From assembly GCF_009914755.1 (NCBI RefSeq), contig NC_060938.1: 64,000 bases of DNA. One strand, written 5' to 3'. The notes beneath the pieces were generated by a model. It was not told the origin of the DNA and made no database searches. It saw nothing but the letters and a program-made list of their open reading frames with translations. The stretch comes from the human T2T-CHM13v2.0 reference genome, Homo sapiens. Below, piece by piece: positions 42,821 through 56,970 of the stretch (positions are counted from its first letter, which is position 1; each line of letters begins with the position of its first letter). The translations under genes were made by a program, and so were the position numbers.

Positions 42821-45692
42821 GCTTGACTATACTCCATCACTTGACTACAGTGTGACTGCAGGATATCTCAGTATATCTTAACATTATCAGTGACTCACCC
42901 AAACCTTAAAGGAGGTTTACTTTAACAACCGGAAACCAATGAGCAAACACTTCTGCCAGAAGCAAAGTTCTAAAACCTGAGAACAGAGTGAAAATCTACA
43001 ATCCTACAATGGATTTGCTCTAATAGCGTAAACTTTACAAAAAGTCAACTCAAAGTAGATTTTAGGTCACTTTAGATCATATCCTGCCACAACAGGATAT
43101 CCTACTGATCTTTACAAATGCTTGAGTTGACTCCTTTCAACTTTAATTATTAAACATTCTATGTGGAAATAAAGAAAATTTGAATTTCTGATCCAGAATG
43201 CTGATTCTAAGAATTATTTAGGTGTCAAGTGCTTGAAGAAATTTGTCCCCATTTTAACGTGTCATATAGAATACACCTACATTGTGCAAGTAGATTGGGA
43301 GCAGTGCTGCTTTACATGACTAGGGGCCAGTGGGGTATGTGAAACCTGGCCATAATTTAGAACAGATACACAAGAATTTCCCGATAGCACCAATAGTCAA
43401 AACTACCAATATGAGACCCCCTAGGCTAAAGCAAAACAAAATCTAATTAATTGGTGATGGCTAAGAGACATGGAAGTTAACTTGGGAGAAAAGGCATAAG
43501 GCAGAGACTGAAAGGGAAAAGAGGAATGCTGGATTTAATTGACTATCCCAGCTTCAGCTCTAACCTCTTTATTGTCAGGCACTTTGGCTTGTGATAGAGG
43601 TATAATCAAACTCATGCTACCACACATACATTTTTAGCCTTATGTGGCAAGCAGCAAAAGTAAAAGTTTCAAACTCCATATAAAGAAAAAGGGGATAATT
43701 CACAGGTTAAACATGATGAAAACATGGTAGTAAAGCCGTCTTCCAAATGACCTGAATCACTGTCTAAACAACTGCTCTTTATTCCCTAATCTCTCGGGGA
43801 GAAATTTATAGAGACAGGCAGATATAGAAAGATCCTTTTCTGAAAAAAAAATTGTTTTAATTAAGTGGGAGAATTGAATCAAGATGGCTAAGAAAATGCA
43901 CATTTCTCTGCTTCAGGTCTAAACTCAAAAAATGACAGTTGTGAAATGAAATAAGTTAAAAAAAAATACAGCTACACCAGCACTAGAAACCAGAAAGGAT
44001 GCCATAAAATGACCAAAGTGTGAAAGATTATTACAACTTTCAAAGCAGATGGAATTATGGAGAAAGAAGGGAGGAGTAAACACTATCCAAAAGAGAGAAG
44101 AGAAAATTACCTTTGAGGTATGAGTAATTCCAGGGCTTTTCCAATTGCAAAGTCAAAGAGTTATTTAAAAATCAGGAGAGGACAACCACCAGGGTAGTTA
44201 ATTTTACAACTCTATTAAGCTGGTTCCATCAAGTTGAGTTAAAATGAGCTGCAGAGGGATGTTATGTGGCCCCAGGATAAACCTCTAAGGAATCCTTTTA
44301 AATAAAACAATAGTATGAAAAGAATAAAGAAGGACAAGCATAGATTAGATATCCAAATTCTGCTGACACTGGAAGAAGAAACAAAGATAGGGAAGTGCCT
44401 GACTCTAGCCTATGGGCCAGGACAAAGCCTGAAGCTGCCTTGTGCGAATTGGAGTTCTAACACCAGAGAAACACACTTTCTATGAAACAAAATAAGGCAG
44501 GCCTTCCTAATGTCTGCCCTTTAAGAAGTAGGAAAGGACTTGATTCCCAGGAAATCAACAACACTCACAGGCCTCTGGTCATGGGCCCCTTCCCCAGTCA
44601 GAACCAGTATTTCTTGAAGAATTATCACATCATATTCTGAAATACACATCAAACAGAAATCCAAAAATGATGAGTCAACTTGGGACAAAAACACCATCAC
44701 TCATTCATTGATTCTACAGATGTCTGTTGAGAGCCTACTGCATAAATAATGGAAACTTTCTTTGTAAGATGTTAGGGATATTGCAATGAACAAAGTACTG
44801 TCCTCACAAAGCATATATTCAAGTAGGAAAAGAGAGAGACAAAAAAAAAAAAAAAGACCAAACGCATAAAAACAATAAACCATGAGTCCAAGGAGAAAAC
44901 TAAAGCAGGGTAAGAGGGATAGAAAGTAACAAATGACGAAGAACAAAATTAACTTCACAAAAGACGGAAGAGGAGAAATAAAATAGAAAAAAGTAAGCAC
45001 TAATAAACTTCCAATCAGAATGGCATAGTAAGTTCAGGCTTTGACTGTCCGTCTTTGTTTCAAAAACACACCAAGAATAAGTACTATATAAAAACAAGAA
45101 GCCAGAAAGCCACTTCCAGGACCCCAAACAAAGCAAACATCTGCATGAACACAAACCCTCACAGACCTCCAAAGATGAGCATGGCAGGACCTGCTTGGTT
45201 CCAGATTCTGACGCAGTGGACAGGGCTTTCAGCTCCCACAAGATATGGAGACCCAAAATGCTCATTCCAGTAGAGAAAGGGACACAGGACCTTTGGTTAA
45301 AGCCAGGAGCTTCAGGTAAGGGTACAGACATTAGAAGGCAGGCTGATGAAAAATGCTGCCTGAGACCATGAGGCTGACTGAAGCTGAAAGGCAGCTACAC
45401 ACCTTAAAAATGCGAACAACAGTGTGGCCGAGGGGCTTAATAATTGGATGTGAATCCAGCAAATAAATTCTCCAAAGAAAGCCAGAGTCAACTATAAAAA
45501 ATGATTTAGAAATGTGGGATAGAAGTAACTATAAAACTGTTAGGGAGTGGGGAATCCAGAGTAAGAAGGTGAAAACCCAATAGCAATAACTAAACAATAA
45601 AAATGAGTTTTTGAACCCAAATTCTAAAATAAAATTTTAAAAATGCTAAAAAGTCAGCCAACAAATCAATACTCAGAAATGAATTTCCTCGA

Positions 45693-45992
45693 GGCCGGGT
45701 GCGGTGGCTCACGCCTGTAATCCCAGCACTTTGGGAGGCCAAGGCAGGCGGATCACGAGGTCAGGAGATCAAGACCATCCTGGCTAACACGGTGAAACCC
45801 CGTCTCTACTAAAAATACAAAAAATTAGCTGGGTGTGGTGGTGGGTGCCTGTAGTCCCAGCTACTCGGGAGGCTGAGGCAGGAGAATGGCATGAACCCGG
45901 GAGGCAGAGCTTACAGTGAGCCTAGATTGCGCCACTGCACTCCAGCCTGGGCAACAGAGCGAGACTCCATCTCAAAAAAAAAAAAAAAAAAG
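45693..45992 (+). mobile_element. AluY, full length
   Basis: 'ccatcctggctaacacggtgaaaccccg' and 'gaatggcatgaacc'. TSD gaaatgaatttcct. Confidence 0.96.
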
Positions 45993-46149
45993 GAAATGAA
46001 TTTCCTTCAAATTAAAATGAATTTTATATGGTGCTATGACAAAGACTTTTAAAAATAGTATCCCGCCCAAAGTACTGATAATGATAATGACACTGATGAT
46101 GAAAACAACAGTGATGCTGATGATGGTGTCATTCCTGATGATAATAGTA

Positions 46150-46385
46150 AACAGTATTTAAAAACTTACTATGTGCCCAACATTATTCTAAGCATTTTAC
46201 GTGAAGTAACACACTTATTCCTTGCACAATCCCCACAACAGTCTGTGAGGTAAATGTTTAAATGAGTCTGATTCTATCACTGAGGAAACAAAGGCACAGT
46301 CAAGTTAAATAATAGTCTAAAGAAACACAGCTGCTATGTGAAGAGCTGGAATTCAAACCTAGGCAGGATTCCACCAGAGCCTGTA
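46150..46385 (-). mobile_element. MIR preceded by a degenerate (GAT)n
   Basis: 'cttactatgtgcc...ctgaggaaacaaaggcacag...gagctggaattcaaacctaggcag'. Confidence 0.8.
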
Positions 46386-46837
46386 AATTTATCTCTCTGA
46401 AAGAAGAAAGAAAATTTGCTAAACATTTTGAAAGAATAAGAAATTGTAAAACACAGAGGCATATATAAAACAAAAAATTTTTTGGATAAAAGAGAAATAT
46501 TAGAAAATGAAATAGAAAACTATTGAAATAAAAATAAAATATGTGTCACAAATTCTTGGCTGAAGAGTAAATTACAGAATTAGAAAATGACAAGGTTGGG
46601 GGATTCATTTTGAATATAGAACAGAAAAGAGAGATTGTTAAAAATAACATGAAACATCAATTATGTCACATGAAGAATAGATTGAGAGGTCCCAATAATT
46701 GTACATTAGGAGTCCCTGAGGAAGAGAATAAAGGAAATGCTTGACACAATACAGGATGAAATAATGGATGAGAATTTTAAAAATTACAGAAAATTTTGAG
46801 TTCTCAGATCCCAAGCTGGCCTGAAATAGAAGATGGG

Positions 46838-47193
46838 TGATATGGTTTGGCTGTGTCCCCACCCAAAACTCATCTTGAATTTTAGCTCCCATAATTCCCA
46901 CATGTCATGGGAGGGACCCGTGGGAGGTAATTGAATCATAGGGGTGAGCCTTTCCTGTGCTGTTCTCATGATAATGAATAAGTCTCACAAGATGATGGTT
47001 TTATAAAAGGAAGTTCCCCTGCACAAGCTCTCTTGCCTGCCACCATGTAAGACATGCCTTCATCCTTCCTGTTCTACCATGATTGTGAGGCCTCCCCAGC
47101 CATGCAGAGCTGTGAGTCAATTAAACCTCTTTTCTTTATAAATTACCCAGTCTAGGGTATGACTTTATTAGCAGCATGAGAACAGACCAATAT
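46838..47193 (+). mobile_element. THE1B/C solo LTR (MaLR)
   Basis: 'tgatatggtttggctgtgtccccacccaaa...ctgtgagtcaattaaacctct...gcagcatgagaacagaccaata'. Confidence 0.93.
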
Positions 47194-48940
47194 CCTGGGA
47201 AAATTGGATATCCATATGCAAAAAGAGTGAAACGGTATGGAGATTTCTCAAATAACTCATCTGTCTCACCACATACAAAAATTAACTCAAGATGGATCAA
47301 AGACTTAAATGTAAGACCTGAAAATAAAAATACTAGAAGAAAATCTAGGGAAAACTCTTCTGGACATGGGTCTAGGCAAAGAATTCATGACTAAAACCTC
47401 AAAAGTATAAACAACAAAAACAAAAATAGACAAATGGGACTTAATTTATAAGCTTCTGTACAGCATAAGAAAAATCAAAATAGTAAGTAGACAACCTGCA
47501 GAATGGGAGAAAATACCTGTAAACTATGCATCTGACAAGGGACTGATTGCCAGATTTACATGAAAGTCAAACAGCTCAACAGAAGAAAAAAAAACAGAAA
47601 TAACCTCATTAAAAGGGGGCAATGGACATGAATACAGTTTTTAAGAGAAGACATACAAATGGCCAACAAGCATATGAGAAAATGTTCAACAGCACTAATA
47701 ATCAGAGAATGCAAATTAAAACCACAATAACATACCATCTTACAGTAGTCAGTACGGCTATTATTAAAAAGTCAAAAAATAGCAATGTTGGCAAGGATGT
47801 GGAGAAAAAGGAGCTTTTGGTAGGAATGTAATGTAGTACAATCTCTATGAAAAACGGTATGGAGATTTCTAAAAGAACTAAAAATAAGTATACCATTTGA
47901 TCCAGCAATTCCATGAGTAGGTATCTATCTGTATGCCATTCTTGCATGGCTACAAAGAAACACCTGAGACTGGATATTTCATAAGAAAAGAGGTTTAACT
48001 GGCTCACAGTTCTGCAGGCTGTACAGGAAGTATAGTTCTGCAGGCTATACAGGCATCTGCTTCTGGGGAGGCCTCAGGAAGCTTCTAATCATGACATAAG
48101 GTGAAGGGGGAGCTGGCACATTCATGCCAAAAGCAGGAGCAAGAGAGAGGAGGGGAGATGCCACATATTTTGAAACCATCAGATCTGGTAAGAACTCACT
48201 GACTATCATGAGGATGGCATCAACAGGATGGCACTAAACCATTCATGAGAAATCCACCCCCATGATACAATCACCTCCTACCAGGACTCGCCTCAAACAC
48301 TGGGGATTACATTTCAACATGAGATTTAAGCAGGGCAAATATCGAAACTATATTACTATCCAAAAGAATCATTATATAAAAAAGATACCTTTACTCATGT
48401 GTTTAATTGCTGCACTATTCACAATAGCAAAGATGTGGATTCAACCTGTATCCATCAATGGATGATTGAATAAAGACACAGTGATCTGTCTGTCTGTCTG
48501 TCTACCTACTTGCCTATCTACCTACCTACCTATTTATATACATACACACAGGAATACTACTCTGCCATAAAGAAAAATGAAATCATGTCTTTTGCAGAAA
48601 CATGGATGGAATGGGAGGCCATTATCTTAAGTGAAATAACTCAGAAACAAAAAGTCAAATACTACATGTTCTCACTTGTAAGTGGGAGCTAAATAATGTG
48701 TACACATGGACATAGAGTGTGGAATAATAGATACTGGAGATTAGAAAGAGTGTGAGGGGGGTGAGAGATGAGAAATTACTTAATGGATACAATTGTGTAT
48801 TATTTGGGTGATGGTAACACTAAAGACCCAGAGTCCACTACAGATTATACAGCCATGTAAGAAAACTGTACTTATAAATTTACGTACATTTTAAATTTAC
48901 ATAAATTTACATAAATTTTAAAAAGAAATAAAAATAAATG
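47194..48940 (+). mobile_element. L1PB4/L1MA1-2-like 3' portion, split by an MSTA LTR
   Basis: ORF2 C-terminal remnants (EYYSAIKKNEIMSFA...MFSLVSGS) and 3'UTR 'gagagatgagaaattacttaatgg'. Confidence 0.85.
47930..48355 (-). mobile_element. MSTA solo LTR
   Basis: 'aagaaaagaggtttaactggctcacagttctgcaggctgtacaggaag...ggattacatttcaacatgagattt'. 5-bp TSD ctatc at 47925-47929 and 48356-48360. Confidence 0.92.
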
Positions 48941-51476
48941 TTGAATCTATTTTAGTACACAAAAAAGGAAAAATGAAATAAGTCATGGAATGTAAGAAAT
49001 GGAGGATTTTTTATCAGTGAGAGAGATTTTACACATACTTTGTATTCTTTATATAAATTTGATTCAATAGTACTAATTGTTACCTTGATCTGTAAGAAAA
49101 GTATCACATTCACTTGTTTTTCTTTCTCTTTTAACTTCTGCTAAACCAGAGAATCCTTACTTAAATCAAATGGTCATCAGGGGAATGAGTACAGTCATTT
49201 GGTGAGTCTCTAGGATGTTGTAGATAAGTAGATCAAACAGAGATCCAGAAAGAATGCAGGGACATGCTATAGATAAGGACCTTCAGCATTTTGTCAGATG
49301 GTAAGTTATCAGACATAACACATTAAAAGCTAGAAAGCTAAACATTTCCACTAAATAAATAAAAGCAAATAGATTTATTAAAGGCAGCCTATTAAATTGA
49401 TTAAGTCTTTTTGAAATAAATACAGGGAATAAGGCTGACAGGTTACCTCTTTATAGTTAAAAGGCCTTGGATTGTAGGTAAGATACTAGTGGTGTCAGAC
49501 AATTTATGTTCTCTGACAGACTTCCTCATCAGTTATACATGTGTCATCATTAATAAAAATATCACAAGACAGACATCTAGGGAAGAGTATCAGGCTAAGA
49601 TCAATTCAGTCATTCTCAAACCTTGTCTCATATCAAACCATCACATAACATAAACTCATAGACTCTTCTATTCTTTATAAACAATTAAAAGTTAAAATCT
49701 CTTTTCTCTGTCAAGGACAAGCCATGGGGAATGAACAGAAATAAACAGGCAATCTACTAATAACAGACACAAAAAATGTAGATATGTGTACAATTCAAAC
49801 TGAAATTCACCACTCTTTTTGCAAGCTGGGTAAATTGGATGCTTTCCTTTAATGAGCCATGGAGAAAGACTGATTGATTACAGAGGATGTTGCTTTATGG
49901 TTTACTGTTCACAATTCACTGATCTCCTTATTGTATTGTCTATATATAGTAAACTGTTTTCTCCTTCTTGGGTTTTTTGTGTATGGGGGGGTGGGGGGTA
50001 GTGGGGAACGTAGAGGGGACAGGTGGGGTAGAATTTTATGTCTTCAAAATTATCCTCACATATCAAAACTGACAGGCCTCTGAAGTTTAAAAGCACCTTT
50101 CACAATTCCAATTCAGTAAAAGCAAAAACAGAGATTTACACCAAAGAGATGACACATATAAATTCTGACCTTGAAGACTGGGGCCTGCCAATTATAAATT
50201 ACAGGTTTCTAGGCCTATTTTTCTTGCAATATCAATAGGACATAAAAGCTAGCTACTGGATGTAAAGTAAACAAATCTATACAATTCATTACAAATAAAA
50301 AAACTCAAGCAAGCTGGGCAAAAATATTTTTAGAAAGTCTTCACAAGAAGCATAGAAGTCTTCTCTTGTTTCTCTCTGAAATTTACATTATCATTAAACA
50401 AATTTTGAGATACCTAATAAGCCAAAAAAAAAAAAGGTGAACTGAAAGTGAACAGAAAAATGTCTTTTTTAAAAAAAAATCACAGAATTGCTGATGCTAT
50501 ATTCAGTATATTAAAATACTAGTTGAAATAATCTAATTTCTATAAAATGCAGCCAAAAAGTTAACCAATCAACAAACAAAAGCAACATAGCTAAGTCTGT
50601 TCAGGTAGAATATTCAGTTACAATGTGCATGTGTGCATGTGTGTGTAGGAACGGAAGCCATAATAATTTTGACCCAAATATATCTTAAAGTTTTGATGTT
50701 TTTAACACTTTTCTAGGTCCCTTGATTTTCACTGTCAACTACAGACACATATTCATGCCTATTAAATAAAGACACATATACATATGGTTTATTGTCCCAT
50801 TTCTTTGAAAATTTCTTTGACTTCTAAATGAGTTGGTTAGGTTTGTTTCATCAGAACAGCCTGTGCTTTCTAAATAACAAATATTTATTTTCTAATTTAA
50901 AACTACTATAGCATCTGGGGATAATAATATATTTACATAAAAAATAAGCAAAAGTCAAAAGATAATAGTTTTAAGCATAATCATCCCATTAAAATTTGTG
51001 AAATTGAATTAAGTAAAAATTGTCAATGACAATTTAATTCCAATCTTTTTATAAAAATAATTTATTCTCAAACTTAAGGTTTCAAACTTTTGTCTCTAAG
51101 ATTTCCAACGTTAAGGAAAGTACGTGATGGTTAGAAATCACCTTAGAAAAGACAAGTAAACATTTATGTATAGTAAGACCTATATAACAGTACTTTCTCA
51201 TATTTAGAGAGCTTTCTTCCCTGAAATGTATTTTAGGACCATTAGTAACAATAACAGGAAAATTTATAGTCTTAGCAAAAATGAGAAGATTTACATAATT
51301 GTAAAGCATTTTAAAACAATTCCATTCTGAAATCATAAAATACGTCTTTGCGGTATTTGTTTGCACTATTACAGCAAGCCACAGTATTTATTAAAAGAAA
51401 TATATTATCATTTCTTGCCTCAGTAAAACTATTGTTTCATTAGAGTTGATGAGCATTTTTAAAATGCACTAAAGCA

Positions 51477-51810
<334 letters not shown>

Positions 51811-53239
51811 TCACATTCGGAAACGTAAAACCGCTTACAACCTATAATCCTGGTCTACCTTTGGTTTTCTTGAAGGAGATATGAACGCCTTTTCTTTTCT
51901 CTTTCTCTCTCTCTCTTTTTTTTTTAGCATCAGAATGCTACAAAGATAAGCTTTCATAAAGTCCCAACAATTAATTAATTCAAGAATACGCTATCTTCAC
52001 TGCAGAAATAATAAATAATGGATTTTGAATCATTGGTCCTTTATAGGAAATTGTACCTCTGATTGGCAAATTTTGAAGCAGCTCAGCAGAGAAAATAAAC
52101 AAAAAGAAATAGGCTTCTGAGAAAAAGGCCAATCACCTTTCGTTTCTTAGACAAAATAATTTTTCAGAGTTTCTTGCATAATAATTCATAGTTTTTTTTT
52201 TTCATTTGGGAAAATGCACATATTTTTGGTACGGAAAACTGGTAATCAGCAAAGTTTTAATCTGAATAACCGGGTTCCAATGTTGGCTTTGACAAACATC
52301 AATTATGTGATCTCTGAACCCAAGGAGATAACAACAAAATAAAGGACAATTTAAAGGATTACTAACAGCAATGGACACCATGCTTAGAGTACAATAAGCA
52401 GTCCATGAATAATGTTAATATAATAAATATTCCTGCAAGTATTCACTACCATCATCATTCTTATTATAGAGATTTTAGAGATCACATTATTATAATGCTT
52501 TTCCATTTCTGCTTACTAACAAGTGATCCTTCAGTGTTCAAACTCTGTGACATATCCTGTGATTTCTGCAAAACATATTATGAGGTTCTGAACATATTCA
52601 AGGTCAAATGCAAAACATATTTTAAAACAGGTAAGAGAAAATGTGTAAGGGATTAATTTTCTTCTCCTTATAAGAACATTTCTTTATTAAGTTTTAGAAA
52701 ACCTCTCTAAAGTCTTAAATGAAGAAAAATGTGCCTCAAAAATATGTTTATATACACATATATATGCATATGTATATATGTATGTATAACAGTACATGTG
52801 TTAATGAAATAGAAAAAAGACAACATTTCAGCCCATCTAACTTGTTTTTACTTTATTTACACCATATATACCGCCATGGAACTAACTTCTATTACAGAGA
52901 AGACATTAAGGTAAAACAGTTACAAATGGCTTAACCACTAGAGATCTTAATTCATATTTTTCTCTATAAAATAACCCATACATCTTGCTCCAATGCATAA
53001 ATGCAGCATACAGCTACATTCCATTAAAACCACCTGGATAAACTTATAGGGATCCTACTCTCTATAGCACATTACTTGCATCTTGTTTAAAGTAAGGACC
53101 TGTTTCAAGGGTCTAATGGAAATTCTATTCTTATGTAAATAAACTATTAAGAATAGCCATTTTGCTTTAATTGCACAATCACCTCGTCCTTTTTAACCTC
53201 TCCTATTCCCACACATGAACCTTTTAATTTCAATCATTC

Positions 53240-55130
53240 ATTCTTGATTTCTCTTTTACAGAAAATGTCAAACATATACAAAAGTAGACAATATAATATA
53301 AGGCCTTGCTATTCAAAGTGTGTTGATGTACATTTGAGTTCTTTTCTGATTTTTGTTATTATCAATGTTGATTCTAAGAATATTCTTGTACATACCACTG
53401 TTAGACACATGCAACAGATTTTCTTGGGTAAAAACGTAAAAGTAGTATTACTGGAACATACAGTATGTGGGTATTCAACTTTATAAGATGTTTTTTAAGA
53501 GAAGTCACAAAAATTTACGCTACGCCAATTCATGAAACCCTGGTGATCCATAACGCTTCAAACACTTGATGCTATAAGATTTAAATCTATACTAACTTGG
53601 TGTAAAAATGGGATTTTATTGAATTACTAACTTGAGATTATGTCACATTTCTTCCTAAGATTATTGGGTCTATGGGTCTTCTATGAAATGTCTTTAGCTC
53701 ATTTTTGATTGAATTTTCATCTTATTGATTTGTAGGAATTCATTTGTTCTTGATAATAATCATAAGTAGGTTATATTTTAGAATTAATATCTGTAATTGG
53801 TCTCTTTGCTTTTTTGTTTTTGAAACACATTTTGATGAACAGAAATATTTAATTTTAAGATAGTCAAATCTTTCCATGAGTGAGGCATACTTTTAAATAT
53901 TTTCCCATATGGATAAAATTTTTCCCTACCCACTTACTGAATAGCCCCTCTATTCCCCCCTCAATGTTCAATGGAAATTGTTATATTTCAGGCTTTTACA
54001 TCTATTCCTGTGTTGCCAGGATTGTTACTGAATTGTTCATCCATGAACCAATGCCACACTAGTCTTGATAACTAAAACTTCACAAACAGCCATGACATTT
54101 ATTAGCATGAAATGCTATCTTTGTTCACTTCAGAATTTCTCTAGGCTACTTGTTAATCTACACATTCCTAAATATTTTAGAACCAGTGTCAAGTTCTATA
54201 ATAAGTGTTGCTGGTATTTTTATTAGAAATTTGTATCACTGCATCTATAGGCTCATTTTCAAAGAGCTGAACATCTCTATGATACACAGTCCTTCTATTC
54301 ATAAACACAAGGTAGATCACCCTTTATTTACTTTATATTTAAAGTATTTTAAATATTTCAGTAAAGTTTTGTGTAGGTACACATTACACATCTTTTGGTA
54401 AATACCTTCCATGGTACTTTATCATGTTTTCCTTTCTGAAGATGGAATCTTTAAACTTACGTTTCCTAATTGTCTACTGCTGGTGAACATGTTTTATTGA
54501 TTTTATATATTGAGTTTTACATTCAGAAACTTGCTGACTTTCATTATTTCTATTAATTTGTGATTTTTTTTTAAAAAAAAAATAATCAGATCATCTCCAA
54601 AGCAGGCAGTTTTATTTCCTCCATCCCAATGTTTATACCATAAATATCTTCATCTTAGTTTATTGCACTAGCTGGCAGCTAAGACTAGTGTATGGTTGAA
54701 TAAAAGTGGTGATAATGAGTACAGTTCCTCAGTTCCTTTTACTTAATTTTTTAAATGCTAGTATCCTCCTATTTAAAAGGATGTTTCAAAGATTTTTTTC
54801 CCACAGATATATCACATTTAAAAATTCCCTTAATTTATTAAGATTTTTTGTAACACGAATTTGTGTTGGAATTAATCAGATGTTTTATGCAATTATTACC
54901 ATAATCATGTGCTGTTTCTCACTTAATTAATTAATGTGGTAAATAAAATCAGTTTTCTGATATTAAAATATATTTGCAGATCTGGGACAAAGCCAACCTG
55001 ACCATTTTATATGATTTTTATACAATATTAGATATTTACATTTATGATTGTGAATGAAATGAGCCTAAAATGCTCACTTCTTGTACTCCTTTTCTGATTT
55101 TGGTATCAGAATTATATTGGCCTCACATTT
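53240..55130 (-). mobile_element. Highly diverged L1M/L1ME ORF2 and 3' fragments
   Basis: Antisense motifs 'ttgatgtacatttgagtt', 'ttgatgaacagaaat' and 'tggtatcagaattatattggcctca'. Confidence 0.65.
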
Positions 55131-55334
55131 AGACTATGGGGAGCAAAACTGAAAAAGCATTACATCTAATGGAAGGCTTTTAAATAAATGCAGTAGATCT
55201 ATCATCCCATGATGTATAAAAAGTTTACTTCAATATTTCTTCAAACTTGGAGTGTATGTGTAAGGAGGGGAGTACATGCACGTTTCCATCTGCTTCTTGT
55301 CTTCATAACCTGTGTCTTATCTACAGATATATTA

Positions 55335-55653
<319 letters not shown>

Positions 55654-56168
55654 TTAGAAAACTCTTCTCCCACCCAGGTGGTTTTAATAGAATATAGTAA
55701 AGTTTAGTGGAAAATATCCAATAAAGAGTGAAAGACAAGTAATGCTACTTAGTTAAAAAAAAAATCACTTAAGGAAGTTGTGAGTTAAAAAGTCATCACC
55801 TAGAGTTGGTGAAATGTATAACTTACGGAAGTGTGTTTCAGCCTAGTGAAAAGGGACTGATCTAGAAATAAATTAAAAGAAAAACATAGCAATATTATTT
55901 ATCTTATAATAAAGCCAAAAAACCTTAATTGTAATTGGAGTATTAGATTGGCATTAAAACAAGACATTTAGGACTGTGTGCATAAAAAAAGTATGAATGT
56001 TGAAAAACATGTTTAAGAGACATCTTTCACATGTTTTTGAATTATAGTCCTGAGTATAGAAAACCACAATAAACCAATTTATGCTTTTCAGACTTTCTTG
56101 GCTTAAGAAAAGGTTATTTATCAATTCCTATCCAACCTCTACTTTCAACATGGACAGTTGCTCTATAA

Positions 56169-56171
<3 letters not shown>

Positions 56172-56215
<44 letters not shown>
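56172..56215. repeat. (TA)n microsatellite, one interruption
   Basis: Direct reading of the sequence. Confidence 0.97.
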
Positions 56216-56970
56216 GCTCAAGGAAACATGACACAGTAGCTGAAGTTAGGAAGAACTGCCCATCTGTTATGCGTGAATTCCTGAAGGTAAGCTGAGAGCC
56301 CTCATTTCAATTAAAATGAAATGGAACCACATGTATACAGTAGATCCAAACTTTCTATTACTTTTTTCTTACATGTAGCCATTGGGGATAGTCCAAATCT
56401 CACTGAAAAAGAAATTCAAAAGCTACCTTAATATAAAAGATCATCTATCAAAAATATCAAACACAGCTTGACATTGCTTAATCTAAAATGTTCTCACTCC
56501 ATTCCAAAAAAAAAAAAAGGACCCTAAATCTGTATCAGAATAAACAATTACTTGTTTGGTTTTCTCCCCCCACAAAATGGCAGATTAGAGGCTTTTAGCA
56601 TGCCTTGGCCACTTGGAAACAGCAACGTAGTGCATAAAGATCAACTATGTGCGCTTTAATTCCAGAAGGAAAATGGGAATCCGCTGGAATCCTAAAGGAT
56701 ACCCCAGATCCAGGGGAGAAGAATGCAGACAAACAGCCCCTGTGACTCAAACAGCTGGTAACAGTGAATGAAGTGCCAATACATGAAGAGCTTCCCTCTG
56801 TGACTCATCTTTCCACTGGGGTCAATGGAGAGCACTTTGTTTCTCCCAAGCCCTGGAGTTAACATGGTGAGAGGCTTAAAGACACTGAGAGGGAAAGACA
56901 CCTGGAAAAGCTGCAGGCATTTTCCAAGACTCAGGACCAAGAGCACAATGCAATTTTTAATTTGGGTCCA

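Larger units (their letters stand above)
43878..46830 (+). mobile_element. Highly decayed HAL1/L1M 5'UTR-ORF1 remnants, interrupted by L2, AluY and MIR
   Basis: 'caagatggct' start. 46400-46830 is ORF1-like ('aggagtccctgaggaagagaat', 'aaataatggatgagaatttt'). Confidence 0.4.

Noticed and set aside
49078-49102. 6-nt minus-strand microexon (cttacag|ATCAAG|gtaaca)
   Set aside because: The pyrimidine tract is short with purine-rich upstream sequence and no UGC enhancer context, so support is insufficient.
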